Assembly (NCBI GenBank): GCA_036381615.1
Contig: DASVCL010000078.1
Coordinates: 5,860 to 69,859, forward strand
Direction: 5' to 3'
DNA from: Alphaproteobacteria bacterium
Lineage (GTDB): Bacteria; Pseudomonadota; Alphaproteobacteria; CACIAM-22H2
Length of the DNA stretch: 64,000 nucleotides
Shown: positions 44,415 through 53,033 of the stretch, piece after piece
Position numbering within the stretch: the stretch's first letter is position 1
Layout of the letters: each line of letters begins with the position of its first letter
Translations under genes and position numbers: made by a program
The notes under the pieces: generated by a model
The model's database searches: none
What the model was told of the DNA's origin: nothing
What the model saw: the letters and a program-made list of their open reading frames with translations, nothing else

Positions 44415-46079
44415 TTGGGCTACGTCTATCCGACCTATGAGTATCGCCCCTGCGCCGATCAGCGGGCAGCGAAGCCCGCGCGGCACAAGGTCGTCGTCAT
44501 CGGCGCCGGGCCGGTGGGACTCACGGCGGCCATCGACCTCGCCCGCAAGGGCATCCCGGTCGTCCTGCTGGACGAAGACAACACCGTCAGCATCGGCAGC
44601 CGCGCCATCTGCCACGCCAAGCGCACGCTCGAGATCTGGGACCGCCTGGGTTGCGTCGCGCCGATGATGGAGAAGGGCATCACCTGGCAGACCGGGAAGG
44701 TTTTCTTCCGCGATCGTCAGGTCTATGCCTTCGACCTCCTGCCCGAAGGCGGCCATCGTTTTCCGGCCTTCATCAACCTGCAGCAGTACTATGTCGAGCA
44801 GTACCTGGTCGAAACCGCCCAGGCGCTGCCGCAGATCGATCTGCGCTGGAAGAACCGGGTCGTCGGCGTCGTCCCCGGACCGGATGGCGTGCGCCTCGAC
44901 GTCGAGACGCCCGACGGGCGCTACGCGATCGAGGCGGACTGGGTGATCGCTGCGGACGGCGCGCGCAGCCCGACACGCAAGATGCTCGGGCTCGATTTCA
45001 AGGGCAAGGTGTTCGAGGACCGCTTCCTCATCGCCGACGTCAAGATGAAGGCGGATTTTCCGACGGAGCGCTGGTTCTGGTTCGATCCGCCCTTCCATCC
45101 CGGTCAGTCGGCCCTGCTTCACCGCCAGGCCGACGATGTCTGGCGCATCGACCTGCAGCTCGGATGGACCGCCGACCCGGAGGAAGAGAAAAAGCCCGAG
45201 CGCGTCGTGCCGCGCCTCAAGGCGATGCTCGGAGACAATGCAAAGTTCGAGCTTGAATGGGTCAGCGTCTACACGTTCCAGTGTCGCCGTCTCGAGCGGT
45301 TCCGGCACGGCCGCGTCATCTTCGCGGGCGATGCCGCCCATCAGGTCTCGCCCTTCGGCGCGCGCGGCGGCAATTCCGGCGTGCAGGACGTCGACAATCT
45401 GTGCTGGAAGCTCGCGCTCGTCATCCGCGGTCTCGCGCCCGAATCGCTCCTCGACACCTATGACGTCGAACGGCAGCAGGCCGCCGACGAGAACATCCTG
45501 CATTCGACGCGCAGCACGGACTTCATCACGCCGAAGGGTGCCGCGAGTCGCCTGTTTCGCGACGCGGTCCTGAGCCTCGCCGCCGATCATCCCTTCGCCC
45601 GACGCCTCGTCAACAGCGGGCGTCTGTCGGTCGCGACGGTCCACGCCGATTCGCCGCTCAACACGCCGGATCGGGACTCCTTCGCCTGCGCGATCGTGCC
45701 GGGGGCGGTCGCGAGCGATGCACCGGTGCGGCGCGACGGTAAGGACGGATGGCTGCTCGGGTCGCTCGACAATGGCTTTGCCGGCCTTTATTTCGCCAAC
45801 GACCGGATTGCGCCGGCAACCGCAGCCGCGCTCGCGGCCCTCGATCAGACGCCGGTGCCGATACGGACCACGATCGTCGCCCCCGCGCCGATCGCAGCAC
45901 CCGCCGGCCTCAACGTCATCGTCGATACCGAACGGCTCGTGGCGCGCCGCTATGATGCAACCGACGGCACCTTCTATCTGATGCGGCCGGACCAGCACGT
46001 CTGCGCGCGTTGGCGTCAATTCGATCCGGCCGCGGTCGAAGCTGCGTTGGCCCGTGCGATCGGCCGGCCGGTGCAATGA
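44415..46079 (+). CDS. FAD-dependent aromatic-ring monooxygenase (PheA/TfdB/MhpA class A family)
   Basis: VVVIGAGPVGLTAAIDLARKGIPVVLLDE, DWVIAADGARSPTR, GRVIFAGDAAHQVSPFGARGGNSGVQD. TTG start 8 nt after GGAGG. Confidence 0.88.
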   Translation: MGYVYPTYEYRPCADQRAAKPARHKVVVIGAGPVGLTAAIDLARKGIPVVLLDEDNTVSIGSRAICHAKRTLEIWDRLGCVAPMMEKGITWQTGKVFFRDRQVYAFDLLPEGGHRFPAFINLQQYYVEQYLVETAQALPQIDLRWKNRVVGVVPGPDGVRLDVETPDGRYAIEADWVIAADGARSPTRKMLGLDFKGKVFEDRFLIADVKMKADFPTERWFWFDPPFHPGQSALLHRQADDVWRIDLQLGWTADPEEEKKPERVVPRLKAMLGDNAKFELEWVSVYTFQCRRLERFRHGRVIFAGDAAHQVSPFGARGGNSGVQDVDNLCWKLALVIRGLAPESLLDTYDVERQQAADENILHSTRSTDFITPKGAASRLFRDAVLSLAADHPFARRLVNSGRLSVATVHADSPLNTPDRDSFACAIVPGAVASDAPVRRDGKDGWLLGSLDNGFAGLYFANDRIAPATAAALAALDQTPVPIRTTIVAPAPIAAPAGLNVIVDTERLVARRYDATDGTFYLMRPDQHVCARWRQFDPAAVEAALARAIGRPVQ

Positions 46080-46297
46080 ACGCGGCAAGGGAACGCACAC
46101 GAATGGCGACACTTCGAACCGAGTCCGGCTTTGAGCGGCCGGACGACGTCTACGAGCTTCTGATCCAGGCGCATCAAGGACTGACGGAGGCGCAGAGCGC
46201 CGCTCTCAATGCCCGCCTGGTGCTGCTCCTCGCCAACCATATCGGCGACCTCGGCGTCGTCCGCGAGGCACTCGACCGGGCGCGCGAAGGCCTGTAG
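46076..46297 (+). CDS. DUF2783 small protein (73 aa), translationally coupled to the monooxygenase
   Basis: ATGA overlap at 46076-46079. NARLVLLLANHIGD matches my recollection of DUF2783. Confidence 0.65.
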   Translation: MNAARERTRMATLRTESGFERPDDVYELLIQAHQGLTEAQSAALNARLVLLLANHIGDLGVVREALDRAREGL

Positions 46298-46345
46298 GAC
46301 GGCACTCGCCTTCTCACCCGTCCTCGCCGATCCCGGAGGTGTCCG

Positions 46346-46831
46346 ATGCCCAGTTTCGATATCGTCTCGAAGACCGATCTGGCCGAGGTCGACAACGCCG
46401 TCCAGGGTGTCGCGCGGGAGATCGCGACGCGGTTCGACTTCAAGGGATCCAAATCGAGCATCGCCCGCGACGGTGCCGAGATCACCGTGCTCGCCGATGA
46501 CGCCCTCAAGCTCAAGCAGATGCAGGAGCTGATCAAGGGTTACTTCGCGCGCCGCAAACTCGACCCTGCCTGCCTCGACTGGCAGACGGAGGAGCGCGCG
46601 GCCGGCGACATGGTCCGCCAGAAGATCGTGGTCAAGCAGGGGATCGACCGCGACACGGCCAAGGCCATCGTCAAGGCGATCAAGGACACGAAGCTGAAGG
46701 TGCAGACGGCGATCCAGGGCGACGAGCTTCGCGTCACCGGTAAGAAAAGGGACGACCTCCAGGCCGCGATCGCGACGGTAAGGGCGCTCAAGCTCGACCG
46801 CCCGGTGCAGTTCGTGAACTTCCGCGACTGA
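46346..46831 (+). CDS. yajQ: YajQ family (UPF0234) nucleotide / cyclic-di-GMP-binding protein
   Basis: MPSFDIVSKTDLAEVDNAV...RFDFKGS...VQFVNFRD, 161 aa. Confidence 0.9.
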   Translation: MPSFDIVSKTDLAEVDNAVQGVAREIATRFDFKGSKSSIARDGAEITVLADDALKLKQMQELIKGYFARRKLDPACLDWQTEERAAGDMVRQKIVVKQGIDRDTAKAIVKAIKDTKLKVQTAIQGDELRVTGKKRDDLQAAIATVRALKLDRPVQFVNFRD

Positions 46832-46883
46832 GAGACCCTCCCTGAGAGGCAGCCCTGCTGTGGCATCCGTGCCACGGTCAGCG

Positions 46884-46909
46884 GGAACAATTGCGGCCCC
46901 GGCCCGGTT
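46884..46909 (+). promoter_or_regulatory. Candidate EcfG/RpoE2-type general-stress promoter GGAAC-N17-GGTT
   Basis: GGAAC at 46884-46888 and GGTT at 46906-46909, read directly, about 50 nt upstream of the ATG at 46960. One mismatch to GGAAC-N16/17-CGTT. Confidence 0.35.
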
Positions 46910-46959
46910 TGCAAACAGAACGGTTTCCCCGTCAGCAAAACCGCGATCGAGAGGTCCGC

Positions 46960-47652
46960 ATGGCCGATTCCAACCCCAAGCAGGACGATCCTGCGTCCCG
47001 GGCGAGCTCGGCGTTGGGCGACGCCACGCAGCAGGCGGGCGAACGCCTGCGCGACGAGGCGTCACGCGCCGCCGGTGAAGCGACACAGCAGGCAAAGACG
47101 CTGCTCCGCCGTCAAAAGGATCTTGCCGCCGAACAGGTCGAGGGCATGGCCCAGATCCTGCGTCGGACGTCCGACGAGCTGCAGGCGCAGCATCCCGGCA
47201 TGGTGGCGGATTATACGCGACAGATCGTTCGCACCGTCGACGGCCTTGCCACCGCGCTGCGCGACCGCGACATCGACACGCTGATTTCCGACGTCGAGGA
47301 TTATGGGCGGCGTCAGCCTGCGCTGTTTATGGCCGGGACGGTCGCAGCCGGGTTCATGCTCGCGCGCTTCCTCAAGAGTTCGGCGCGCCGCCGCGACGCC
47401 GAGCCGGCGCAGGGTCACGGCCCAAGCCATGCTTCCGGCCATCAAGGCGCATCGGGTTACCGGGGCGCCGGCGCCCCCGGTCCCGCCGCTACCGGCTCGT
47501 CCGGCTACGCCGCCGGTCCGGGCGCGTCACCGGGCGCCATCCCGGTGACATCCCCCATTCAACCCGACTCGCCCCCGTCCCTCCAGGGCAGCCCGAACAA
47601 GGCGGCCTCCGCCGACGAGGTGAACCGTGCGATGAAGAAGGAGTCCCGGTAA
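46960..47652 (+). CDS. Hypothetical single-TM protein with an N-terminal coiled region and a Gly/Ala/Pro/Ser-rich tail
   Basis: MADSNPKQDD...; TM segment PALFMAGTVAAGFMLARFL; low-complexity tail GHGPSHASGHQGASGYRGAGAPGPAATGSSGYAAGPGASPG. SD GAGAGG. Confidence 0.6.
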   Translation: MADSNPKQDDPASRASSALGDATQQAGERLRDEASRAAGEATQQAKTLLRRQKDLAAEQVEGMAQILRRTSDELQAQHPGMVADYTRQIVRTVDGLATALRDRDIDTLISDVEDYGRRQPALFMAGTVAAGFMLARFLKSSARRRDAEPAQGHGPSHASGHQGASGYRGAGAPGPAATGSSGYAAGPGASPGAIPVTSPIQPDSPPSLQGSPNKAASADEVNRAMKKESR

Positions 47653-48062
47653 TGGCCACCGACATCCGCGAAAATCGTTCGCTCGGCACGCTGTTTGCCG
47701 AGCTCACGCACGAAACCAGCACGCTTGTCCGCAACGAGGTCGAGCTGGCCAAGGCCGAGATGTCCCAGAAGATCGACCAGGTCCAGAACGGGGCGGTGTC
47801 GATGCTGGCCGGCGGCGCGGTTCTCTACGCCGGCTTCCTCGTCCTCCTGTTCGCGATCGCCGCGTTGCTCGACGAGTTGCTCGACAACTGGTGGCCGTCG
47901 AGCTGGCTGGCGCCACTGATTGTCGCCGTCGTCGTGCTCATCATCGGCTTCGTCCTCCTCCGGACGGGTCGAAGCAGCATGAGCTTCGGCAACCTCATGC
48001 CGCGCCGGACATTCCAATCGATCCGCCGCGACGCGACCCTTGCCCGGACACAGGTGCGCTGA
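47652..48062 (+). CDS. Holin-X / phage-holin-3_6-family small membrane protein (non-phage context)
   Basis: 136 aa with an amphipathic N-terminus (LVRNEVELAKAEMSQK) and 2 TM segments. Its ATG overlaps the upstream TAA (TAATG). Confidence 0.7.
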   Translation: MATDIRENRSLGTLFAELTHETSTLVRNEVELAKAEMSQKIDQVQNGAVSMLAGGAVLYAGFLVLLFAIAALLDELLDNWWPSSWLAPLIVAVVVLIIGFVLLRTGRSSMSFGNLMPRRTFQSIRRDATLARTQVR

Positions 48063-49024
48063 TGGCTGACAAATCGACATCCACCGACCATTCCCGCTCG
48101 CCCGAAGAAATCCAGTCCGAGATCGAGCGCACCCGCGCCGACATGAGCCGGACGATCGACGCGATCCAGCGCCGCCTGTCGCCGGGCGAACTGATGGATC
48201 AGGCGCTCGATTATTTCCGGTCGGGACCCGGCGAGTTCGCGAGCAATCTCGGCGACGCGATCCGCAACAACCCCGTCCCGGTCGCGCTCGTCGGCGTCGG
48301 GCTCGCATGGCTCGCCTTCGGCGGTCCGGGTCGGCCGGCCTATCTGCACCGCGCCGACACTGAAGGCGGATCGGATATGGGCTATGCCGGCGAGACAGCG
48401 CGACACGGCATGGAACAGGCCGGCGACATGGCCGCACGGACGGGTCAGCGCCTCGGCGGTATGGCGAGCGCGGCAGGCGCACGCATGGGCGACGCCTACG
48501 CCGGTGCGCGCGACACCGCCGATGCCGCCAGCGAGCGAGTCAGGGCGATGGCCGATGACGTCCGGAACCTTGCGGCGGAATGGCGCGAGGACACGGTCGA
48601 CATGGCGACGCGGGCGCAGGATCGCATGCAACAGCTCGGCGGCAGCGTCCAGGCGCAGACCGCGCAGATGCGCGACGCTGCGAATGATCTGCTGCATCAG
48701 CAGCCGCTGATCGTCGGCGCGCTCGGGCTTGCGATCGGCGCGATGCTCGGCGCCATGCTTCCGTCGACCCGGCAGGAAGATACGCTCATGGGCGAGGCGC
48801 GCGACCGGGTGGTGGATCAGGCATCCGGGACCGGCGAGCAGGTCATGCGCGAAGCCGCGCACGTGACCCAGGCCGCCGCCGACGCCGCGACCGATGCCGC
48901 CCGGGAAGAGACGGAGCGGCGCGGCCTCGGGGCCGGAAGAACCGACATGTCGCAGTCGACCGCGAAGCCGGAGAACGAAGGGAAGCCGACCGATCCGCCC
49001 GGGTTCGCGACTAAGGGTATCTGA
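48062..49024 (+). CDS. DUF3618 domain protein
   Basis: RSPEEIQSEIERTRADMSRTIDAIQRRLSPGELMDQA is the DUF3618 signature. Two hydrophobic segments. Its ATG overlaps the upstream TGA (TGATG). Confidence 0.75.
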   Translation: MADKSTSTDHSRSPEEIQSEIERTRADMSRTIDAIQRRLSPGELMDQALDYFRSGPGEFASNLGDAIRNNPVPVALVGVGLAWLAFGGPGRPAYLHRADTEGGSDMGYAGETARHGMEQAGDMAARTGQRLGGMASAAGARMGDAYAGARDTADAASERVRAMADDVRNLAAEWREDTVDMATRAQDRMQQLGGSVQAQTAQMRDAANDLLHQQPLIVGALGLAIGAMLGAMLPSTRQEDTLMGEARDRVVDQASGTGEQVMREAAHVTQAAADAATDAAREETERRGLGAGRTDMSQSTAKPENEGKPTDPPGFATKGI

Positions 49025-49269
49025 GTTCACGCCGCAGGCCCGGGGCGACACCGCTCTTCACCCGCCGCAGGGGCGATGACCGGATGCGGTCGCCTGTCGC
49101 CGCGAAGATCGCATTGGCGATGGCGGCGACATACTACTCGCCAATCGTTCTACTCGCGTGCTACTCGCGGATCGTGCCGGTGGTGGCCTTCGCGTCACGG
49201 TCCGACTGCCCACTGTCGGGCGCCTGTGAATCTCGATCTCGATGGAGGACCGGTTGGCCTGCCGGCACC

Positions 49270-50265
49270 TTACGGCACCGCGCCGACCGTGTCGGCGACG
49301 TAGGCACCCCGCTCGCCCAGCCGCTGCCCGCCGCGTTCGGTCGTGTCCTCGGCCGTCTGATGCTCCATTTCGGCGTTCAGCTCCGCACCCAGCAGCACGA
49401 CATAGGCGCTGATGTAGAACCACATCAGCAGGACGATGACCGCACCGAGCGCGCCATACGTCTTGTTATAGTCGGCAAAGTTGCTGACATAGAGCGAGAA
49501 CAGCACCGAGCCGAGCAGCCACAGGATGGTCGCGGTGACGGCCCCCCAGCTCACCCAGTTCCAGCGCGGCGTCTCACGACTGGGCCCGTATCGATAGACC
49601 ACCGCAATCGCGACGATGACCGCAATGCCGAGAAGTGGCCAGCGCATCAGCAGGATTGCCGTCCTGAGTCCGCCCGACAGGCCGATCCAGGCAATCGCCG
49701 CCGGCAGCGCCGCGACCAGCGACAGCGCCAGGATGCTGAACAGGATACCGCCCAGCGTCATCAGCAGCGCGGTTCCATAGAAACGGATGAAGCTGCGCTT
49801 CTCCACCTCGTCATAGACGACGTTGAGGGCCGTCATCATCGTCTGCATGCCGGCCGAAGCGCTCCACAGGCTGAAGAGCAGGCCCACGATCACGCCAATG
49901 CCCAAGCTGGCGCGCGGCTGTTGCGCGATGGCGGCAAGCTGGTCGGTGATGAGGGCGCGCGCGGCCTCGGGCAGGATCTCGGCGGCGCCGGCAATGTGCC
50001 GTTCGACGGTCGTCGGATCGGCGACGATGCCATAGAGGGATAGCGCCGCGCCGAGCGCCGGGAAGATCGACAGCATCGCATAGAAGGCAATGCCGGCGGC
50101 AATCACCGACAGATGGTCCTGCGCGATCTCGTCCTTGACCCGCCACAGGATGTCGCGCCAGCCGCGCGCCGGAAGCTGGCCCGGACTGCGGGCGTGACGA
50201 CCACGCCGGGCATCGTGCGGCGAGCCGCCGGAATTCTCCTCCGCGCGACGCAGGCGCGGATTCAT
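49270..50265 (-). CDS. YihY/BrkB (ribonuclease BN-like) family membrane protein
   Basis: GWRDILWRVKDEIAQDHLSVIAAGIAFYAMLSIFPAL plus 6 TM segments. Start uncertain: ATG at 50265 preferred; 50301 or 50418 possible. Confidence 0.8.
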   Translation of the reverse strand: MNPRLRRAEENSGGSPHDARRGRHARSPGQLPARGWRDILWRVKDEIAQDHLSVIAAGIAFYAMLSIFPALGAALSLYGIVADPTTVERHIAGAAEILPEAARALITDQLAAIAQQPRASLGIGVIVGLLFSLWSASAGMQTMMTALNVVYDEVEKRSFIRFYGTALLMTLGGILFSILALSLVAALPAAIAWIGLSGGLRTAILLMRWPLLGIAVIVAIAVVYRYGPSRETPRWNWVSWGAVTATILWLLGSVLFSLYVSNFADYNKTYGALGAVIVLLMWFYISAYVVLLGAELNAEMEHQTAEDTTERGGQRLGERGAYVADTVGAVP

Positions 50266-50501
50266 CGGCTCCCTGCCGACGCCCCGACGCGGCCCGGTCA
50301 TTATGCCGACCGCGACTGCCGCCGTTACCGGCAGCAGAAACCCCGTTAAAAAGCCACGCTCACGCATTCCGGCCTCCGCCCGAAACAGCGGCAGCGCCGG
50401 ATAAACGTCAGCCTCCAAGACTTCGTTTCACGTCGCCGTAGCCGGTCCAAGGATTGTGACCTTGCCAGCCGGCGGCGCCCACGGACGTCCGCGGTTCCTG
50501 C

Positions 50502-51452
50502 CTACCCTTGGAGGGCTTTCCACATCTCAAGGTCGCGCTTCGCGGTCCAGATCCGCGGGTGATCGATGCCCTTGGCCTCGTCGTACGCGCGGCTCACACA
50601 GAACGGCATGCAATGCTCGAAGATGACCCAGCGCCCGTACTTCTTCTGCATCGCCGCATAGGTCTGGTCGAAGACCTGCTTCAGGCTCTTGCGCGCCTTG
50701 ACGCCCTTGCGCGCGTGGGCGAACAGCTCCTTCACGAACGCCTGCGTGCCGCGGATGGCCCGCTCGCACGCGGCCGGCGTCATCAGGGCGTCGCCGCGTC
50801 CCGGCACCAGCCGCTTGGGCTTGAGCGCCAGCAGCCGGTCGAGCGTCTGCGGCCACTCGGCAAGGTGAGCGTCGCCGCAATAAGGCGTCGCCCCTTCCTC
50901 CACCAGGTCGCCCGAGAACAGAACACGCTCCTTCGGCAGCCACGCGATGGTGTCGCCCTTCGTGTGCCCGGCGCCGAGATGCATGATCCGCACTTCACGC
51001 TTGCCCATCCAGATCGTCATCTCGCGGTCGAACACGATGTTGGGCCAGGTGAGGCCGGGCACTGACTCGACGTTCTTGAACAGACGCGGAAAGCGCTGCA
51101 CCTCGGACTTGAAGTCCTGCGCGCCGCGCTCTTTGATCAGGTCGTATGTGCCCTTGCTGGCGATGATGTAGTCGGCGCCGTAGCCCGACGCGCCCATCAC
51201 GCGCACGGCGTGATAATGGGTCAGCAGCACGTACTTGATCGGCTTGTCGGTCACGGTGCGGACGTAGCGCACCAGTTCCTCCGCCATGACCGGCGTGGCG
51301 CGCGCGTCGATGATCATCACGCCGTCATCGCCGACGATGACGCCGGAATTCGGGTCACCCTCGGCCGTCAGGCAATAGGCGCCTTCGGCCAACTTGGTGA
51401 AGGTAACCTTCTTCTCGGCAAGATCACCCTGGCTCGCGAACTGCTTCTTCAT
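50502..51452 (-). CDS. MBL-fold protein with a degenerate metal motif
   Basis: 316 aa. The HxHxDH position reads THYHAVR (Asp-His lost); later HLGAGHTKGD and FSGDLV are present. ATG at 51450-51452. The track ORF 50502..51734 is over-extended. Confidence 0.8.
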   Translation of the reverse strand: MKKQFASQGDLAEKKVTFTKLAEGAYCLTAEGDPNSGVIVGDDGVMIIDARATPVMAEELVRYVRTVTDKPIKYVLLTHYHAVRVMGASGYGADYIIASKGTYDLIKERGAQDFKSEVQRFPRLFKNVESVPGLTWPNIVFDREMTIWMGKREVRIMHLGAGHTKGDTIAWLPKERVLFSGDLVEEGATPYCGDAHLAEWPQTLDRLLALKPKRLVPGRGDALMTPAACERAIRGTQAFVKELFAHARKGVKARKSLKQVFDQTYAAMQKKYGRWVIFEHCMPFCVSRAYDEAKGIDHPRIWTAKRDLEMWKALQG

Positions 51453-51509
51453 CTCGTTCCTCGACGTTACAACCAACCCCACCTTCGGCGCATCCGGAAG
51501 ACGGGGCAC

Positions 51510-51545
51510 GATCTTAGATTCGATCTTAGATTCGATCCTAGATTC
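51510..51545. repeat. Three tandem 12-bp units GATCTTAGATTC / GATCTTAGATTC / GATCCTAGATTC, each carrying one GANTC and one GATC
   Basis: Read directly. Unit 3 spans the LivF-like stop codon (51538-51540). The array lies 58-93 bp upstream of the MBL-fold gene's ATG. Confidence 0.9.
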
Positions 51546-52263
51546 CCAGATAGGCTTCCTTGACGCGCTCATTGGCAAGCAGCGCGGGGCCCGAATCCTG
51601 AAGCACGATGCGGCCGGTCTCGAGCACGTAGCCGCGGTCGGCGATCGAGAGCGCGGCCTGCGCGTTCTGCTCGACCAGGAAGATCGTCGTGCCGGCGGCC
51701 TTGAGCTGGCGGATCGTCGCGAAGATTTCGGCAACCAGCAGCGGCGCCAGCCCCATACTCGGCTCGTCGAGCAGCAACAGCTTCGGGCGCGCCATCAGCG
51801 CGCGGCCCATCGCCAGCATCTGCTGCTGGCCGCCGGAGAGCGTTCCCGCCGGCTCGCGCCGCTTCTGCTTCAGGATCGGGAACGTCGCGTAGATCCGCTC
51901 GATGTCGTCCGCGACGTCGTTCCGCGGCCGGGTATAGGCACCGAGCATGAGGTTGTCCTCGACCGAGAGCGGCCCGAACACCTGGCGGCCCTCCGGCACC
52001 TGGGCGATGCCGAGCCGGACGCGTTCCGCGGCCCGGATCCGGGTAATGTCGCGGCCGGCGAAGCGGATCGTTCCGCCCGAGGCCGGCTGCACGCCGGAGA
52101 TCGTCCGCAGCAGCGTCGTCTTCCCCGCGCCGTTCGCACCGACCAGCGCAAGCAGCTCGCCCTCGGCGACGGCGAGGTCGAGACCCTTGAGGGCCTGGAT
52201 GCGGCCGTAATGACTGGTCAGGCCGGTGACCTCGAGCAGCGTGCCGGGCCGGGTTGTCGTCAT
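51538..52263 (-). CDS. HAAT ABC transporter ATP-binding protein, LivF-like
   Basis: GANGAGKTT, LSGGQQQML, LLLDEPSMGLAP, C-terminal KEAYLGI. Confidence 0.9.
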   Translation of the reverse strand: MTTTRPGTLLEVTGLTSHYGRIQALKGLDLAVAEGELLALVGANGAGKTTLLRTISGVQPASGGTIRFAGRDITRIRAAERVRLGIAQVPEGRQVFGPLSVEDNLMLGAYTRPRNDVADDIERIYATFPILKQKRREPAGTLSGGQQQMLAMGRALMARPKLLLLDEPSMGLAPLLVAEIFATIRQLKAAGTTIFLVEQNAQAALSIADRGYVLETGRIVLQDSGPALLANERVKEAYLGI

Positions 52264-53033
52264 GCCGCCCCCGCGACAGCACCTACGCCGAGATAGGCGC
52301 GGATCACGTCGGGATTGTTGCGCACCTCGGCCGCCGTGCCTTCGGCCAGCCGGCGTCCGTAGTCGAGCACCAGGATATGATCCGACACGCCCATGACCAG
52401 CTTCATGTTGTGTTCGACCAGAACTACGGTAATGCCGGAGCGCGCGATCTTTTGGATCAGCTCGTCGATCTCCAGCGTCTCCTTGGGATTGAGACCGGCG
52501 GCCGGCTCGTCGAGCAACAGGATCTTCGGTTCGGTCGCGAGCGCGCGGGCGATCTCGAGCCGCTTCAGCGCGCCGTAGGGCATCGTGTCCGAGTCGGCGC
52601 CGATGAAGCGGGCGAGCCCGACCTCGCGCATCAGCTCGGCCGCGCGCTCGCGCGCCTCGCGATTGGCGCGCGTGATGCCCGGCGTGTGGAACATCGACGG
52701 CACGATGCGGCGTGGCGCGTGCAGATGGCGCCCTACCATCACGTTCTCCAGCGCCGTCATGTTGAAGAAGATCTGCAGGTTCTGAAACGTGCGGGCGATG
52801 CCGCGGGCCGCTCGGGCGGCCGGCGGCAGGGCCGTAATGTCGTCGTCGCCAAGCCAGATGCGGCCCCGCGTCGGCGTATAGACCCCGGTGATGATGTTGA
52901 ACAGCGTCGTCTTGCCGGCGCCGTTCGGGCCAATGATCGAGTGGACGCGCCCCGGTTCGATGGTGAAGCTCAATTCGGACACGGCGCGCACGCCGCCGAA
53001 TTCCTTGGTTACGTTATCGACGCGGAGCCGCAT
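52260..53033 (-). CDS. HAAT ABC transporter ATP-binding protein, LivG-like
   Basis: True start MRLRVDNVTKEFGG at 53031-53033 (ATGA overlap with the permease stop). GPNGAGKTT. The track ORF 52260..53972 is over-extended. Confidence 0.9.
   Translation of the reverse strand: MRLRVDNVTKEFGGVRAVSELSFTIEPGRVHSIIGPNGAGKTTLFNIITGVYTPTRGRIWLGDDDITALPPAARAARGIARTFQNLQIFFNMTALENVMVGRHLHAPRRIVPSMFHTPGITRANREARERAAELMREVGLARFIGADSDTMPYGALKRLEIARALATEPKILLLDEPAAGLNPKETLEIDELIQKIARSGITVVLVEHNMKLVMGVSDHILVLDYGRRLAEGTAAEVRNNPDVIRAYLGVGAVAGAA

Noticed and set aside
51510-51545. Whether the tandem repeats, or any other repeat in the window, represent a CRISPR array or a mobile-element terminus.
   Set aside because: The units are 12 bp and contiguous with no spacers. 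There are no cas, transposase or integrase genes anywhere in the window, and no flanking inverted repeats or target-site duplications were seen.
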